Assembly: GCA_016839555.1 (NCBI GenBank)
Contig: JAEOUA010000007.1
Span: 224,001-288,000 of the forward strand
Source: Promethearchaeota archaeon
Lineage (GTDB): Archaea > Asgardarchaeota > Lokiarchaeia > Sigyniarchaeales > SOKP01
DNA length: 64,000 nt
Direction: 5' to 3'
Shown: in pieces, positions 49,531-59,649 of the stretch
Layout of the letters: each line of letters begins with the position of its first letter
Numbering within the stretch: position 1 is the first letter of the stretch
Position numbers and translations under genes: made by a program
The notes under the pieces: model-generated
Databases searched by the model: none
What the model saw: the letters and a program-made list of their open reading frames with translations, nothing else
What the model was told of the DNA's origin: nothing

Positions 49531-50547
49531 ATGAGAGGTGCAGTATATTTAGGGAAGGAAAACGTAGAGGTAAAGAATGATTTAGAAAAACCTAAAGCAG
49601 AACCTAATGAAGTGTTAATAAAGGTAAGATATTGTGGCATATGCGGTTCTGGGATAGAGTCTTTTAAGTCTGGAGGAATGTATATTCCAAACATAATTCT
49701 GGGTCATGAGCTATCGGGGGAGATTGTTGAAATAGGTACAAATGTAAAGGGCTTCAAACCAGGAAATAGGGTCACAGTAAATCCTAATGTCCCTTGTGGA
49801 GAGTGTTACTGGTGTAAGCGCTATAAGGAAAACATGTGTATATTATCAAATAGTTCAATTGGGACAACTCAAGATGGAGGAATGGCGGAGTTCGTAGCAG
49901 TTAGAGCGGATCATGTTCATTTAATACCCGATGAAATGTCTTTTATCGAAGGAGCTTGTGTAGAACCATTGTCAAATTGTATTTATGCTGTTCGAGAGTC
50001 TGGATTCAAGGTGGGAGAAAATGCGACAGTATTTGGTGCAGGAACTATTGGATTGATGACGATTCAAGCGCTAAAGGCGACTGGTGCCAGCCAGATTTTT
50101 GCTATTGAACCTGTTGAATTTAAACAAAAAAAAGCTCTAGAATTAGGGGCAAGTAAATCCCTCGATCCAAAACAATATAATAAAGTTTCCAGATATACTG
50201 ATAGAATAGGTCCAGATCATATATTTGACTGTGTAGGCATCCCTGGTACCATTATGTCGTCGATAAATCTTATTAAACGAGGTGGCAACATCACACTTAT
50301 AGGTATCCATGTGGAGCCATTTGAGATGAAAGGATGGATGCAACTGCCATTAAAAAACATTAATTTACGAGGCGTATTCAGCTTCACTCCGGAGGTATTT
50401 CAAGCTTCCTTAAATTTGATTGCAAACAAAAAAGTGAATGCAAAAGCAATTGTGACTAAAATTATTAAACTAGATGAAGTACCGGAAATGTTTGAAGAAT
50501 TAGCAAACCCACGTCATAAAGAAATTAAGGTTTTGGTGGAAATTTAA
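49531..50547 (+). CDS. Zn-dependent medium-chain alcohol/polyol dehydrogenase
   Basis: CGICGS, LGHE, structural-Zn CGECYWC..C, GAGTIG. Confidence 0.9.
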   Translation: MRGAVYLGKENVEVKNDLEKPKAEPNEVLIKVRYCGICGSGIESFKSGGMYIPNIILGHELSGEIVEIGTNVKGFKPGNRVTVNPNVPCGECYWCKRYKENMCILSNSSIGTTQDGGMAEFVAVRADHVHLIPDEMSFIEGACVEPLSNCIYAVRESGFKVGENATVFGAGTIGLMTIQALKATGASQIFAIEPVEFKQKKALELGASKSLDPKQYNKVSRYTDRIGPDHIFDCVGIPGTIMSSINLIKRGGNITLIGIHVEPFEMKGWMQLPLKNINLRGVFSFTPEVFQASLNLIANKKVNAKAIVTKIIKLDEVPEMFEELANPRHKEIKVLVEI

Positions 50548-50704
50548 TTTTTTTTCCTCCTATTTGTTCAAAGATACCTTTACTTAATGTATATAATTTT
50601 TGAAGTATTAAATACAAAAAATATCAAGATTCAAACATTATTATCACAATATAGAAAAAAAATAAAAAAAATCTTTATATATTTTAATTTGATTTTAAAC
50701 GGAA

Positions 50705-51958
50705 TTATCTTTCGCTCTCAATATATTCAAGTTCCTGTCCTTTCGTTTCGTAAGGCTTCAATAATAGGGATAATAAAGGTACTAGAATTATAAGACCGGG
50801 TACTATCCAAAATCCTACCCACGCTGGAAATAGGATAAATAATAAAGAAGCTATTAATGGTCCAGTAACATAAGAAGAACGAGCAGCAGTATTTGTTATA
50901 CCTACTGCTGTTGATCGAACTTTAGTTGGAAAGATCTCGCCAAAATATACCATAATCCAAGCCAGAATTATAGGCATAAATAAGTAAATCATCCAGTAAA
51001 AAATAAACCACGATGTAATTCCTAAAAAGATAAATCCGATTGCAGACCCTACACAACCTATTATAAGCGTACCAATTCTTCCTAATTTATCCATTAGTAA
51101 ACCACCAATTCCAGCTCCCACCATTGTTAATAAACCTCCTATGGTTAAAATGGTTGAAAAAGTGCCTTCAGAAAGACCTACATAATCTCTGTAAAAATAC
51201 CCCCCCCATGTAGTACCTATTTTAAAGGAAATAGTCCATAATGTATAAACAATCGAAGAAATAACTACATAAATAACGTCTTTTCTTGTTAAGAGTTTTA
51301 TTGCGTCTTTAATTTTTAAGAAGGAGCCACCATGATCCACTTCCCTAGACATTTTCCATCTTTCAGTTTCTTTCATAAAATATAATGGAATGAGTAATAT
51401 AAGAAATAAGAAAAACATAATTCCGTAAGCCCATTGCCAACCGAATGCTCGAGCAATACTGGGTCCTAAAAGAGCATAAAGAGGAATTAAACCTATTAAA
51501 AATGTGATTCCTCCATTTAAACCTCTTTTTTCTGCGGGAGATTCTTCCGTAATAGGTATTTGCCAAGCATTTGATTGCGTAGCCATAATAAAAATTCCAT
51601 ATAATGTTATGAATAACCAAGGATTACTTGGAAATAATCCGATGAACAAAGTTGGCACAGCCAATAACGCCATCAATAGCAACATCCCTTTTTTCCTTCC
51701 AAATGCATCGAAAAACCATGCAACAAAAAAGACTAAAAATGAGATGACACCAAAAATTCCCTGCCAAAAAGCAAATTGTGACGGTTCTAACTCATAAAAA
51801 GCTAAAATATCCGTTGTAACATATGTTTCAATAAGTGACAAAAAGTTATCCATATTTCCAACAAAACCCATAAAAATTATAAGAAAGACCATATATTTTC
51901 GAGAACGTGGCTTAACTTTTCCTGCCTTTTCTTTTGCTAAAGCATCTAACTTTGCCAT
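50705..51958 (-). CDS. MFS transporter
   Basis: About 12 TM helices; DAFGRKK, EESPAEKRG, MDKLGR, EIFPTKVRSTA. Confidence 0.88.
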   Translation of the reverse strand: MAKLDALAKEKAGKVKPRSRKYMVFLIIFMGFVGNMDNFLSLIETYVTTDILAFYELEPSQFAFWQGIFGVISFLVFFVAWFFDAFGRKKGMLLLMALLAVPTLFIGLFPSNPWLFITLYGIFIMATQSNAWQIPITEESPAEKRGLNGGITFLIGLIPLYALLGPSIARAFGWQWAYGIMFFLFLILLIPLYFMKETERWKMSREVDHGGSFLKIKDAIKLLTRKDVIYVVISSIVYTLWTISFKIGTTWGGYFYRDYVGLSEGTFSTILTIGGLLTMVGAGIGGLLMDKLGRIGTLIIGCVGSAIGFIFLGITSWFIFYWMIYLFMPIILAWIMVYFGEIFPTKVRSTAVGITNTAARSSYVTGPLIASLLFILFPAWVGFWIVPGLIILVPLLSLLLKPYETKGQELEYIESER

Positions 51959-52414
51959 TTTTTTCTCCTACTATGTTTAAATATTTGTATTTCTATACTT
52001 TTAAATTTAATAAAGTTTTTAATTTATTATTAAAACAATATAGTATATAAGCTTTTAAGTTTTGAATTGAGATATATGTTTTAAAATTCCATATATTAGA
52101 GTAAATATATAAACCAATTGAATTAAATAAGAATAGTAATCATGGTGAATATGAAATTTTCTTGACTCGAGTCAGAAGCATCACAGCCATTATAACCGAC
52201 CCAAAAAACAGAATTTGCTATACTTTTGATTATTTGAATGCTTCTAGATTAATAATTCTTTTCCTAGATCTTTTGGTAATTTATATTATTATCGAAATTT
52301 TCATTTAAATAAACATTTCAATCCTAATCTAATAAAATATTTCTAACAATTACAAAAATCTAAATCAGTATAATTATTTTTAAAACTATATTTTAATTAT
52401 TATTATGATATGAA

Positions 52415-53323
52415 ATGTCTAATAAAAAATTTATACCAGAACCAGAACCTAATTTAAATTTCATTGATGCACATTGTCATTTGCCATTTCCTCGTCCTAA
52501 GAAAAACGACCAATTGCCTTCGAATAATAAGCAGTATGAAGATTTTTTTGCTAAAGGAGGGAAATATTTAATATCCAGTAGTATTGATTTAACTACACTG
52601 AATATGACTTTAGAGTTCATGAAATCCCATTCTAAAAATTATGGATTTACTTGTGGGTGGGCTCCTCAAACCGTAACTTATACTCCAGAAAGAAACTATA
52701 AAGATGATTGGAAAAAATGGAAAGAATTTGTCCTAAATAATAGGGATAAGTATTTAGCTATTGGAGAGATTGGTTTAGATTTTCATCATGCAAAAATATT
52801 AAAAAAACGAGAAAAGCAAATCAGAGAATTAAAAAAGGTTTTTGAATTGACTAAATCCATTGAAAAGCCTTATATCTTACATGTTAGAAATGCCGCACCA
52901 CATGAATTTGATAAAGAAAATCCTAAGCATAGATTCAACAAAGAAGATGGCGCAACGAAAGAAATATTGAGGATTATGGAAGAATTACATATAGATCCAA
53001 AGAAAGTTATGTTTCATTGTTTTTCTGGACCACAAAAGTATGGCAGAATTTTACCCCAGAAGGGATTCTCCTTATCTGTTCCGAGCTCTGCATATGGCTT
53101 CAAACATTGGAGAGAAGTTACAAAAAATTCTCCCTTAGATTCATTATTTACAGAAACTGATAGTTATTATCAGCATCCATTTAAACGGGGGCCTGTTAAT
53201 GTCCCATCAAATGTACGATATTCCATTGCTGCGATTGCCTATACTCACAATATCTCTCAAAAAATTGTCAGCGAAAAAACAATAGAAAATACTATTAATT
53301 TCCTTAAATTGTCTATTAGTTAA
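52415..53323 (+). CDS. tatD: TatD family metal-dependent hydrolase/nuclease
   Basis: DAHCHL, IGEIGLDF, LHVR, FHCFSG, TETDS, NVP. Confidence 0.85.
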   Translation: MSNKKFIPEPEPNLNFIDAHCHLPFPRPKKNDQLPSNNKQYEDFFAKGGKYLISSSIDLTTLNMTLEFMKSHSKNYGFTCGWAPQTVTYTPERNYKDDWKKWKEFVLNNRDKYLAIGEIGLDFHHAKILKKREKQIRELKKVFELTKSIEKPYILHVRNAAPHEFDKENPKHRFNKEDGATKEILRIMEELHIDPKKVMFHCFSGPQKYGRILPQKGFSLSVPSSAYGFKHWREVTKNSPLDSLFTETDSYYQHPFKRGPVNVPSNVRYSIAAIAYTHNISQKIVSEKTIENTINFLKLSIS

Positions 53324-53520
53324 AGATTTTTAAAAATTATGCAATATGATTTGAATTATTGGAAATTGCTATTCTTGTTTTTTATACGTTTATATTTGGT
53401 CTATAAATATTTTTAACTATTTTAATAAAAAATCTTTACTCTATTATTATTTAAATTAGAGACTTGTTTTACTTTATAAAAGAAGCGTAAAAGAGAATAA
53501 TTAATCTTCCTCAAAAGAAA

Positions 53521-54705
53521 ATGCAGCTTTTGCAGTTATGTTGGGATGAAAGAGATCAAAATAATTTATTATTTAAATTTAGAAAAGATGTAACAGAAGA
53601 AAATGAAATAGTTGAAGAGAGTGTAGAAAAAGTTCAAATAAAATTTGAATTATTAAAAAAAAATGATAGATCTCTTCAAATTATTCAAGAACCATTTTTA
53701 ATTTCAATAAGAGATATCTATTTCTCTGCAAACATGCTTGCATTTTCGGTTAAATTAGATAAACTTAATAATGTGGAAGATTTGCAAATAAGTGTAATTC
53801 GTTTAACTATTTTTTACTATTCTGGTCAAAGAGAGGATATTTTTATTAATAAAACATTTCAATTAACTGAAATAACATATGATGACGGTCAATTTATAGA
53901 AATAAAAGAAGAAGAGCTTATTTTTGAGAAAAAAACAACATATTCTTATAAAAAAAGAAGTGTAACTAATAAGGGAGGCTATGCTTCTAAAAATAAAAAG
54001 AATGCATGCTCAAATGCTTTAAGTCTAAACACTTTCGAATCTCCTGTAAGGACTCAGAATGGAGAAATAAGGATTCCTGTTTCTAAACATGAATTTGAAA
54101 AATGGTTAGAATTGAAAGGAGATAAACCATGGGATACGACCTTATTTATGGTACGTAAGGGCTTTAATAAATACAAGGAAATAGAAAAAGATTTAAAAGA
54201 AGCAAATATGGTGCTAAGAAAAATTGCGCTCAATAAATCATCAGCTTTTTCTGGACCTGTTTATTTACAGCCACCTCCAGACTATTCTAATCCTTCATTC
54301 CAATTACCAACTCCTTCTCAAATTCGTTCCCCACCAACTGTAAATAATAAATATTCTTTAGATAATCCTAATGCCCAAAAAGTACTCAGAGAAAATAAGG
54401 ATCCTTCTTTATTAAATAAACAAAGAGAAGTTATGAGAGAAATGAAGGAAAAATTTGAAAGAATTAATGATGTAAAACAATTGCTTAAAAAAGTACCTCA
54501 GGAAGAGCTAAATAAAAAGCGGGCGAAAACAGACCATCTGGGATTTTTAGAATTTAAGCAAAAAAAATTAGAAAAAGAGAGAATGAAAAAAATTGAAATA
54601 CTTAAAAAATTGGGTTTTAAAGATAAAGTTGAAGAATTGGCCCTTGAGGATTTAGAAGCGAAGATACAAGTTTTATTAGCAAGAGAAAAACAAAATCAAA
54701 ACTAA
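53521..54705 (+). CDS. Hypothetical protein: globular N-terminus, Pro-rich linker, WH2-like segment, coiled-coil tail
   Basis: 394-aa ORF; QPPPDYSNPSFQLPTPSQIRSPP; REVMREMKEKF..DVKQLLKKV. Confidence 0.6.
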   Translation: MQLLQLCWDERDQNNLLFKFRKDVTEENEIVEESVEKVQIKFELLKKNDRSLQIIQEPFLISIRDIYFSANMLAFSVKLDKLNNVEDLQISVIRLTIFYYSGQREDIFINKTFQLTEITYDDGQFIEIKEEELIFEKKTTYSYKKRSVTNKGGYASKNKKNACSNALSLNTFESPVRTQNGEIRIPVSKHEFEKWLELKGDKPWDTTLFMVRKGFNKYKEIEKDLKEANMVLRKIALNKSSAFSGPVYLQPPPDYSNPSFQLPTPSQIRSPPTVNNKYSLDNPNAQKVLRENKDPSLLNKQREVMREMKEKFERINDVKQLLKKVPQEELNKKRAKTDHLGFLEFKQKKLEKERMKKIEILKKLGFKDKVEELALEDLEAKIQVLLAREKQNQN

Positions 54706-54834
54706 AAGATTTTGTTAATTTTGTATTATTCAATTAATCTACTTTTCAGTTTCCTTTCATACCTTAAAATTTTGATATATTTTGCAACATAATAAAGTTT
54801 TTTTTGTAATAATTATTCACATTTATGATTTTTA

Positions 54835-56259
54835 ATGAATATTTTACTTATATATCCTCCTTTTCCACTTGGAAAAGCGATGAGTTCGGTAATGTGTAGT
54901 CCTCCATTAAATTTATTAACCTTAGCTGGTGTTTCTAATAACCATAATATCGATATACTAGATTTAAACGTCGATCAATCATATGGAGTAAAAAAAATAC
55001 AAGATAAAATTGATAAATATGATCTAATTGGAATTACGTGTATGTCCTATACCTTTCGAATAGTTTTAAATATTTGTAAGATAGCTAAGAAAAAAGGCAA
55101 ACCAACTTTATTAGGTGGTTTTCACCCTACTTTAGATCCCAACATTATTGATAAATTCGATTGTATTGATATGATTATAAGAGGTGAAGGAGAGCTTACT
55201 TTTAAAGAGCTCTTAGATGGAAAACCTAAGAAAGATATTTTAGGATTGTCTTATAGAGAAAATGGTAAGGTTTATCATAACCCTAAAAGACCATTTATCA
55301 AAAATCTAGATGATTTACCGTTTCCTAGAAATAATCTCGTAGATTCAAAACCATATAACTATTTATGGATTCCCGCCTGGGTATGTGAGAGTTCAAGAGG
55401 TTGTCCTTTTAATTGTGAATTCTGTTGTGTGCATGAATTTTATGAAAGAACATATAGAACAAAATCTCCAGAACGTGTTATAAAGGAATTAATGCAAGTT
55501 CCATCTACAACTCGACTCATATTTTTTGTAGATGATAATTTTACATTAAATAAAAAAAGAGTTATGCGAATTTGTAAATTAATTCAAAAAACAAAACTAA
55601 ATAAGCAATTAATGTTTGTATGTCAATCAAGGGTAGATGATATTGCAAATAATCCCGATATGGTTGAAGAAATGCATAAAAGTGGATTCATTTGTTACTT
55701 CTTAGGGTTTGAAAGTTTTAATCAAATTGCTTTAGATCATATGGAAAAAGCATATACTCTTGATAAGGTAAAAAAGTGTATTGATGTATGCCATGAAAAT
55801 GGAATAATGGTATTTGGATCCTTCATAATTGGAAATATCGGAGAGACTAAAGAAGATACTCGAAAAACCTTTCAATTAATGAAAAATCTTAGTCTAGATT
55901 TTATGATGACCATGCCTTTAACGCCATTTCCAGGTACTAAGCTTAATGAAGAAGCGATCAATCATGGGTGGGTAGAAAAGGATCTTAAATGGGAAGATAT
56001 AAAATCTGGTGAATCAAAACCATTAATGCGTACTCCTGATTTAACAAGAGATGATATCTTAGAATTATTATCAGAGAGTTATCGCTCATTTTATGCCGAT
56101 AAGATATTTATTATTAAGAAATATTTGCTTAGTTATTGGAGTTCTAAATTCAATTGGGTTAGAAGACCAAATTTAATCTTAAAATTTATTAAAAATGGAG
56201 TAACGAAATTTATTTGGAATTTAGATGAAATTGTGGATGAAAATTATCAAAAAATATAA
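54835..56259 (+). CDS. B12-binding domain radical SAM protein
   Basis: PPLNLLTLA, LGGFHPT, RGEGE, SSRGCPFNCEFC (CxxxCxxC), VDDNF, GFES, TPFPGT. Confidence 0.9.
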   Translation: MNILLIYPPFPLGKAMSSVMCSPPLNLLTLAGVSNNHNIDILDLNVDQSYGVKKIQDKIDKYDLIGITCMSYTFRIVLNICKIAKKKGKPTLLGGFHPTLDPNIIDKFDCIDMIIRGEGELTFKELLDGKPKKDILGLSYRENGKVYHNPKRPFIKNLDDLPFPRNNLVDSKPYNYLWIPAWVCESSRGCPFNCEFCCVHEFYERTYRTKSPERVIKELMQVPSTTRLIFFVDDNFTLNKKRVMRICKLIQKTKLNKQLMFVCQSRVDDIANNPDMVEEMHKSGFICYFLGFESFNQIALDHMEKAYTLDKVKKCIDVCHENGIMVFGSFIIGNIGETKEDTRKTFQLMKNLSLDFMMTMPLTPFPGTKLNEEAINHGWVEKDLKWEDIKSGESKPLMRTPDLTRDDILELLSESYRSFYADKIFIIKKYLLSYWSSKFNWVRRPNLILKFIKNGVTKFIWNLDEIVDENYQKI

Positions 56260-56263
56260 TTAT

Positions 56264-56287
56264 CTTTTTTTTTTTTTAATTTTTTTT
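56264..56287 (+). terminator. Oligo-T tract after the radical SAM gene (convergent gene junction)
   Basis: Long T runs immediately after stop 56259. Confidence 0.45.
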
Positions 56288-56361
56288 CTATCAAGATAAG
56301 AATTTCAAAATTATCAATTTTTTAAAATATTTTATTAAAATAAGAAAAAATTTGAGAGAAA

Positions 56362-57552
56362 TTAAGTGTTTACTTCAATTTCTAATTGATCTATAATTTC
56401 TACTAAATCTAAAACTTCAAAATTGTAATTATATTTTACATTCGCATCCCCTAAGTTGGTTTTACAGAAGGGACAAGTTGAAGAAAGTACTGAAGCGCCC
56501 GTTTCTGAGGCTTCTAATAATCTATTCTCTGATATTTCCACTGCCCAATCAGGATATCCTATCTTGACGCCACCTCCCGCACCACAGCACCACGCATGGT
56601 TCCTATTTCTTCTCATTTCCACAAAATTAATGCCAGGAATACTTTTATAGGCTTCTCTTGGTATTTCATAAAGTCCCATATGCCTTCCTAGATGGCAAGG
56701 ATCATGATACGTTACGGTCTTGTTATATTCTGACTTAATTTTGATTTTTCCAGAATTGATGAGGTTTTTTAACAATTCAACGGTATGGAAGACCTCAAAA
56801 TCATACTCAACTCCAAATTTCTCGAAATCTTTTTTTAAGGTTCTATAGCATCCTGCACAAGACGTGACTACTTTTTTTGCTCCCGCCTCTTTTATTTTTT
56901 CCACATTATAAGTCATAAAATCTTTGCTATATTGTGTTTGTCCCGTTCTAATCATAGGACTGGTACAACAATGTTCATCAATTAAAGTGAAATCAAGACC
57001 CACTTTCTTCAATAGTCTTAAAGTAGAGTCTCGAAGGCTTTTTTGACGATAATTTGAGGTGCAGCCAATATAATATACCCATTCTGCTTTATCTGGTAGG
57101 TTATATTTTTTCTTTAATTGCTCATTGTCTGAATGTTTCTCTCCATAGGGATTCCACATTTCTGGATTTAATGTCCTCTCAACTAATTTTTCCTGATTGT
57201 GCGCGGGACCGATTTTTTCAACCACTAGTTCCCTTAAAGATTCGATAATATCAACGATATAATCTGCGTGAGGAGCTTGGCATGCGTCCATACAGGCTCC
57301 ACATGTTGGGCACGCAAATATGGCATCCTTTAACTCATTTGTCCACTTTAAATCTCCTAAAAGAAGTCCTCGAGCAGTTCTTATCTTTCCAGAAGCCCAA
57401 AATGACTCAAATAAAAATTTTTCACCTGAAGGACACGATTGTTCGAAGTCGGAAAATGAATATTTGCAGGTAGAACACTTGATGCAATTATCAAATGCCA
57501 TCTCAAGATATTCATTATTTATTGTCGGTTTGACTTCTTGTATTTCAGTCAT
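56362..57552 (-). CDS. Fe-S oxidoreductase, GlpC/HdrD-like (2x[4Fe-4S] + CCG domains)
   Basis: CIKCSTC..CP, CPTCGACMDAC, YYIGC, HCCTS, SCAGC, YHDPCHLGR, CCGAGGG, TCPFC. Confidence 0.9.
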   Translation of the reverse strand: MTEIQEVKPTINNEYLEMAFDNCIKCSTCKYSFSDFEQSCPSGEKFLFESFWASGKIRTARGLLLGDLKWTNELKDAIFACPTCGACMDACQAPHADYIVDIIESLRELVVEKIGPAHNQEKLVERTLNPEMWNPYGEKHSDNEQLKKKYNLPDKAEWVYYIGCTSNYRQKSLRDSTLRLLKKVGLDFTLIDEHCCTSPMIRTGQTQYSKDFMTYNVEKIKEAGAKKVVTSCAGCYRTLKKDFEKFGVEYDFEVFHTVELLKNLINSGKIKIKSEYNKTVTYHDPCHLGRHMGLYEIPREAYKSIPGINFVEMRRNRNHAWCCGAGGGVKIGYPDWAVEISENRLLEASETGASVLSSTCPFCKTNLGDANVKYNYNFEVLDLVEIIDQLEIEVNT

Positions 57553-58983
57553 TTATGTATTCCACCTTCCCGGATTAAAAATATTATTTGGATCTAAGCA
57601 GCCCTTAATTTTATCGAATAATTTAAGCCAGCCTGGATTTATGATTTCTCTCATTTTTTCTGTCATCCACGTAGGTGTCTTATAAGGAATGCACCCTTCT
57701 TTTATACAAAAATCAGTAATCTCTTCGAGTAGTGCGTGAATTTTGTCTTCTTCTCCCTCCTTAAATTTATTGTACCGAATGATTGGTCTGAAAATTCCAT
57801 AATGTCCGGTCTTCATTATTTTCATGTAGATAAAGGACGGTACATTATATTTATGAAAAATTTTATCTACTTTAGCAATTAATTTTTCTAGTTTATGCGT
57901 GGGAGCATATGATCCGAACCAAGTTAATCCCGAATATTCTACTAAGCTAAGTAAAACCGCTGGTAAATCAAGATGACATCTGACTCGTAAATTGAAGAGT
58001 TTTGCGAATTCATCAACATCTGTAGCAACTAATTGGATTCCCTTCTTTTTTAAATCTTTAATTACCGTTAAGAAAATTTCTTTTTTTGCTTCTAATAATT
58101 TCTCTGTTTTTGCAGATATAGGAAAAAGCGCCGCAAAATCGGGTTCACCTGGATATTTTTCTGGATCAGGGATTTCAACGGTCATTTTCACAACTTCTGT
58201 GCTTACCGCGGAAACATCTTCAACCACTCCTGAAATACCAACCTCCCTAATAACTGGGGCGATATCTGTTAACCCAGATACCATAACTAAATAGGTTTTT
58301 TTAAACGGGGGATTAGGCCACAGTTGGACGGCACATTTAGTAATTAATCCCGTCATTCCCTGCCAACATATAAAATTACCCATTAAATCAGGCATCGGAT
58401 ATCTCGCCCACCAGCTGTCGGGATCTGCTTCATTCTCACCGTAAAAGCAGGAGCCAATGCGTGCAATAGTCCCATCAGCAGTTATAACCTCTAAGCCATT
58501 TATAGAATCTCCCATGGAACCTATTTTATTTGAAAGACTATTCATCCCACTTAAAATGGCGTTTCCCACAACTCCCGCATAGGGTGGAGCGTAGGGATAG
58601 CTATATCTTAGGTTTGGGTACTTCTCGTCTAAATATTTCTTTAATTGACCAAAGGTAACTCCTGGTTCTAAAAGAGCATACATCATTGTTTCATTGATAT
58701 GAAGTATTTTATTCATCTTTTTACTGAAGTCTACTATAATACCACCCTGTTCAGGTATTGTTAATCCTCCAACATTGTTTCCTGTAATGCATGGCACGAT
58801 AGGAATAAGATTTGTATTACAAAATTTAACTAATTTTACCAATTGCTCTTTATTTTCGGGAATAACGACAAAATCAGGCATATGTGGTTTACATTCTGTC
58901 ATATCATAGGAATATGGATATAAATCAACTGCTTTTTTAGATACATAATTTTCACCAAAAATATCCACTAATGTCTTATACAT
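57553..58983 (-). CDS. FAD-binding oxidoreductase, GlcD/VAO/alkyl-DHAP-synthase family
   Basis: YSYD..PDFVVIP, TGNNVGG, EPGVTFGQL, GLEVITADG, QGMTGLITK, DPNNIFNPGR; abuts the Fe-S gene. Confidence 0.85.
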   Translation of the reverse strand: MYKTLVDIFGENYVSKKAVDLYPYSYDMTECKPHMPDFVVIPENKEQLVKLVKFCNTNLIPIVPCITGNNVGGLTIPEQGGIIVDFSKKMNKILHINETMMYALLEPGVTFGQLKKYLDEKYPNLRYSYPYAPPYAGVVGNAILSGMNSLSNKIGSMGDSINGLEVITADGTIARIGSCFYGENEADPDSWWARYPMPDLMGNFICWQGMTGLITKCAVQLWPNPPFKKTYLVMVSGLTDIAPVIREVGISGVVEDVSAVSTEVVKMTVEIPDPEKYPGEPDFAALFPISAKTEKLLEAKKEIFLTVIKDLKKKGIQLVATDVDEFAKLFNLRVRCHLDLPAVLLSLVEYSGLTWFGSYAPTHKLEKLIAKVDKIFHKYNVPSFIYMKIMKTGHYGIFRPIIRYNKFKEGEEDKIHALLEEITDFCIKEGCIPYKTPTWMTEKMREIINPGWLKLFDKIKGCLDPNNIFNPGRWNT

Positions 58984-59053
58984 TTCATCCTTATTAATAT
59001 TTTTAAAAACATTCCTTTTTTCTGTTTCTGTTATTTCTATAACCCCCTTTTAT

Positions 59054-59473
59054 TTATTTAGTATTTTGATTTAATTCATAATATTTTTCATTTGGATCGG
59101 CTGCTACCATTTTCATCGTATCAAAAAATACTTTTTTAAAAGTTAAAAGCGTTTTAATCTTATATAATCCTTTAATCTTCAATTTTCCAGATAATACTGC
59201 TTTTACGGAACTTGTTCTCCCATAAGCCATATCTAATAAGGTGTTTAAATCCATTTCCACTTTAAGATCAGGTTTTTGCTGAATATTTTGAAATTTAAAG
59301 TTAATATGGCCGTTCTGAAAAATTACCATAACTGGATAAAAGTTCTCTACTTCTATTAAAATCTTTTTATTCCAATTTTGTACTAATTCTAAAAACTCTT
59401 CATCTTTTCTATAATTTAAGATATTATATAATGAAACGGAGAGTAAATCCTTAGGTTTTTGAATTGAAATCAT
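59054..59473 (-). CDS. SCP2 sterol/lipid-binding domain protein
   Basis: KPDLKVEMDLNTLLDMAYGRTSSVKAVLSGKLKIKG. Confidence 0.8.
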   Translation of the reverse strand: MISIQKPKDLLSVSLYNILNYRKDEEFLELVQNWNKKILIEVENFYPVMVIFQNGHINFKFQNIQQKPDLKVEMDLNTLLDMAYGRTSSVKAVLSGKLKIKGLYKIKTLLTFKKVFFDTMKMVAADPNEKYYELNQNTK

Positions 59474-59649
59474 TATTGTATCATTTTTTTTATATTAATA
59501 TAAGTATCAAATTTATAAATTAATCTCCTTTTTTTATATAAATATTTAATCATTTGTTAAATAAACCATATCATTTTAAATATATTACAAGTTATAACTT
59601 AACTATAAAAATAAATCATACAGATTAACATAGATTCAATTTTATTAAA

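Noticed and set aside
54835-56259. Radical SAM gene as the activase for the glycyl radical enzyme
   Set aside because: It has a B12-binding domain and class-B architecture, not the GRE-activase type, and lies 8.5 kb away.
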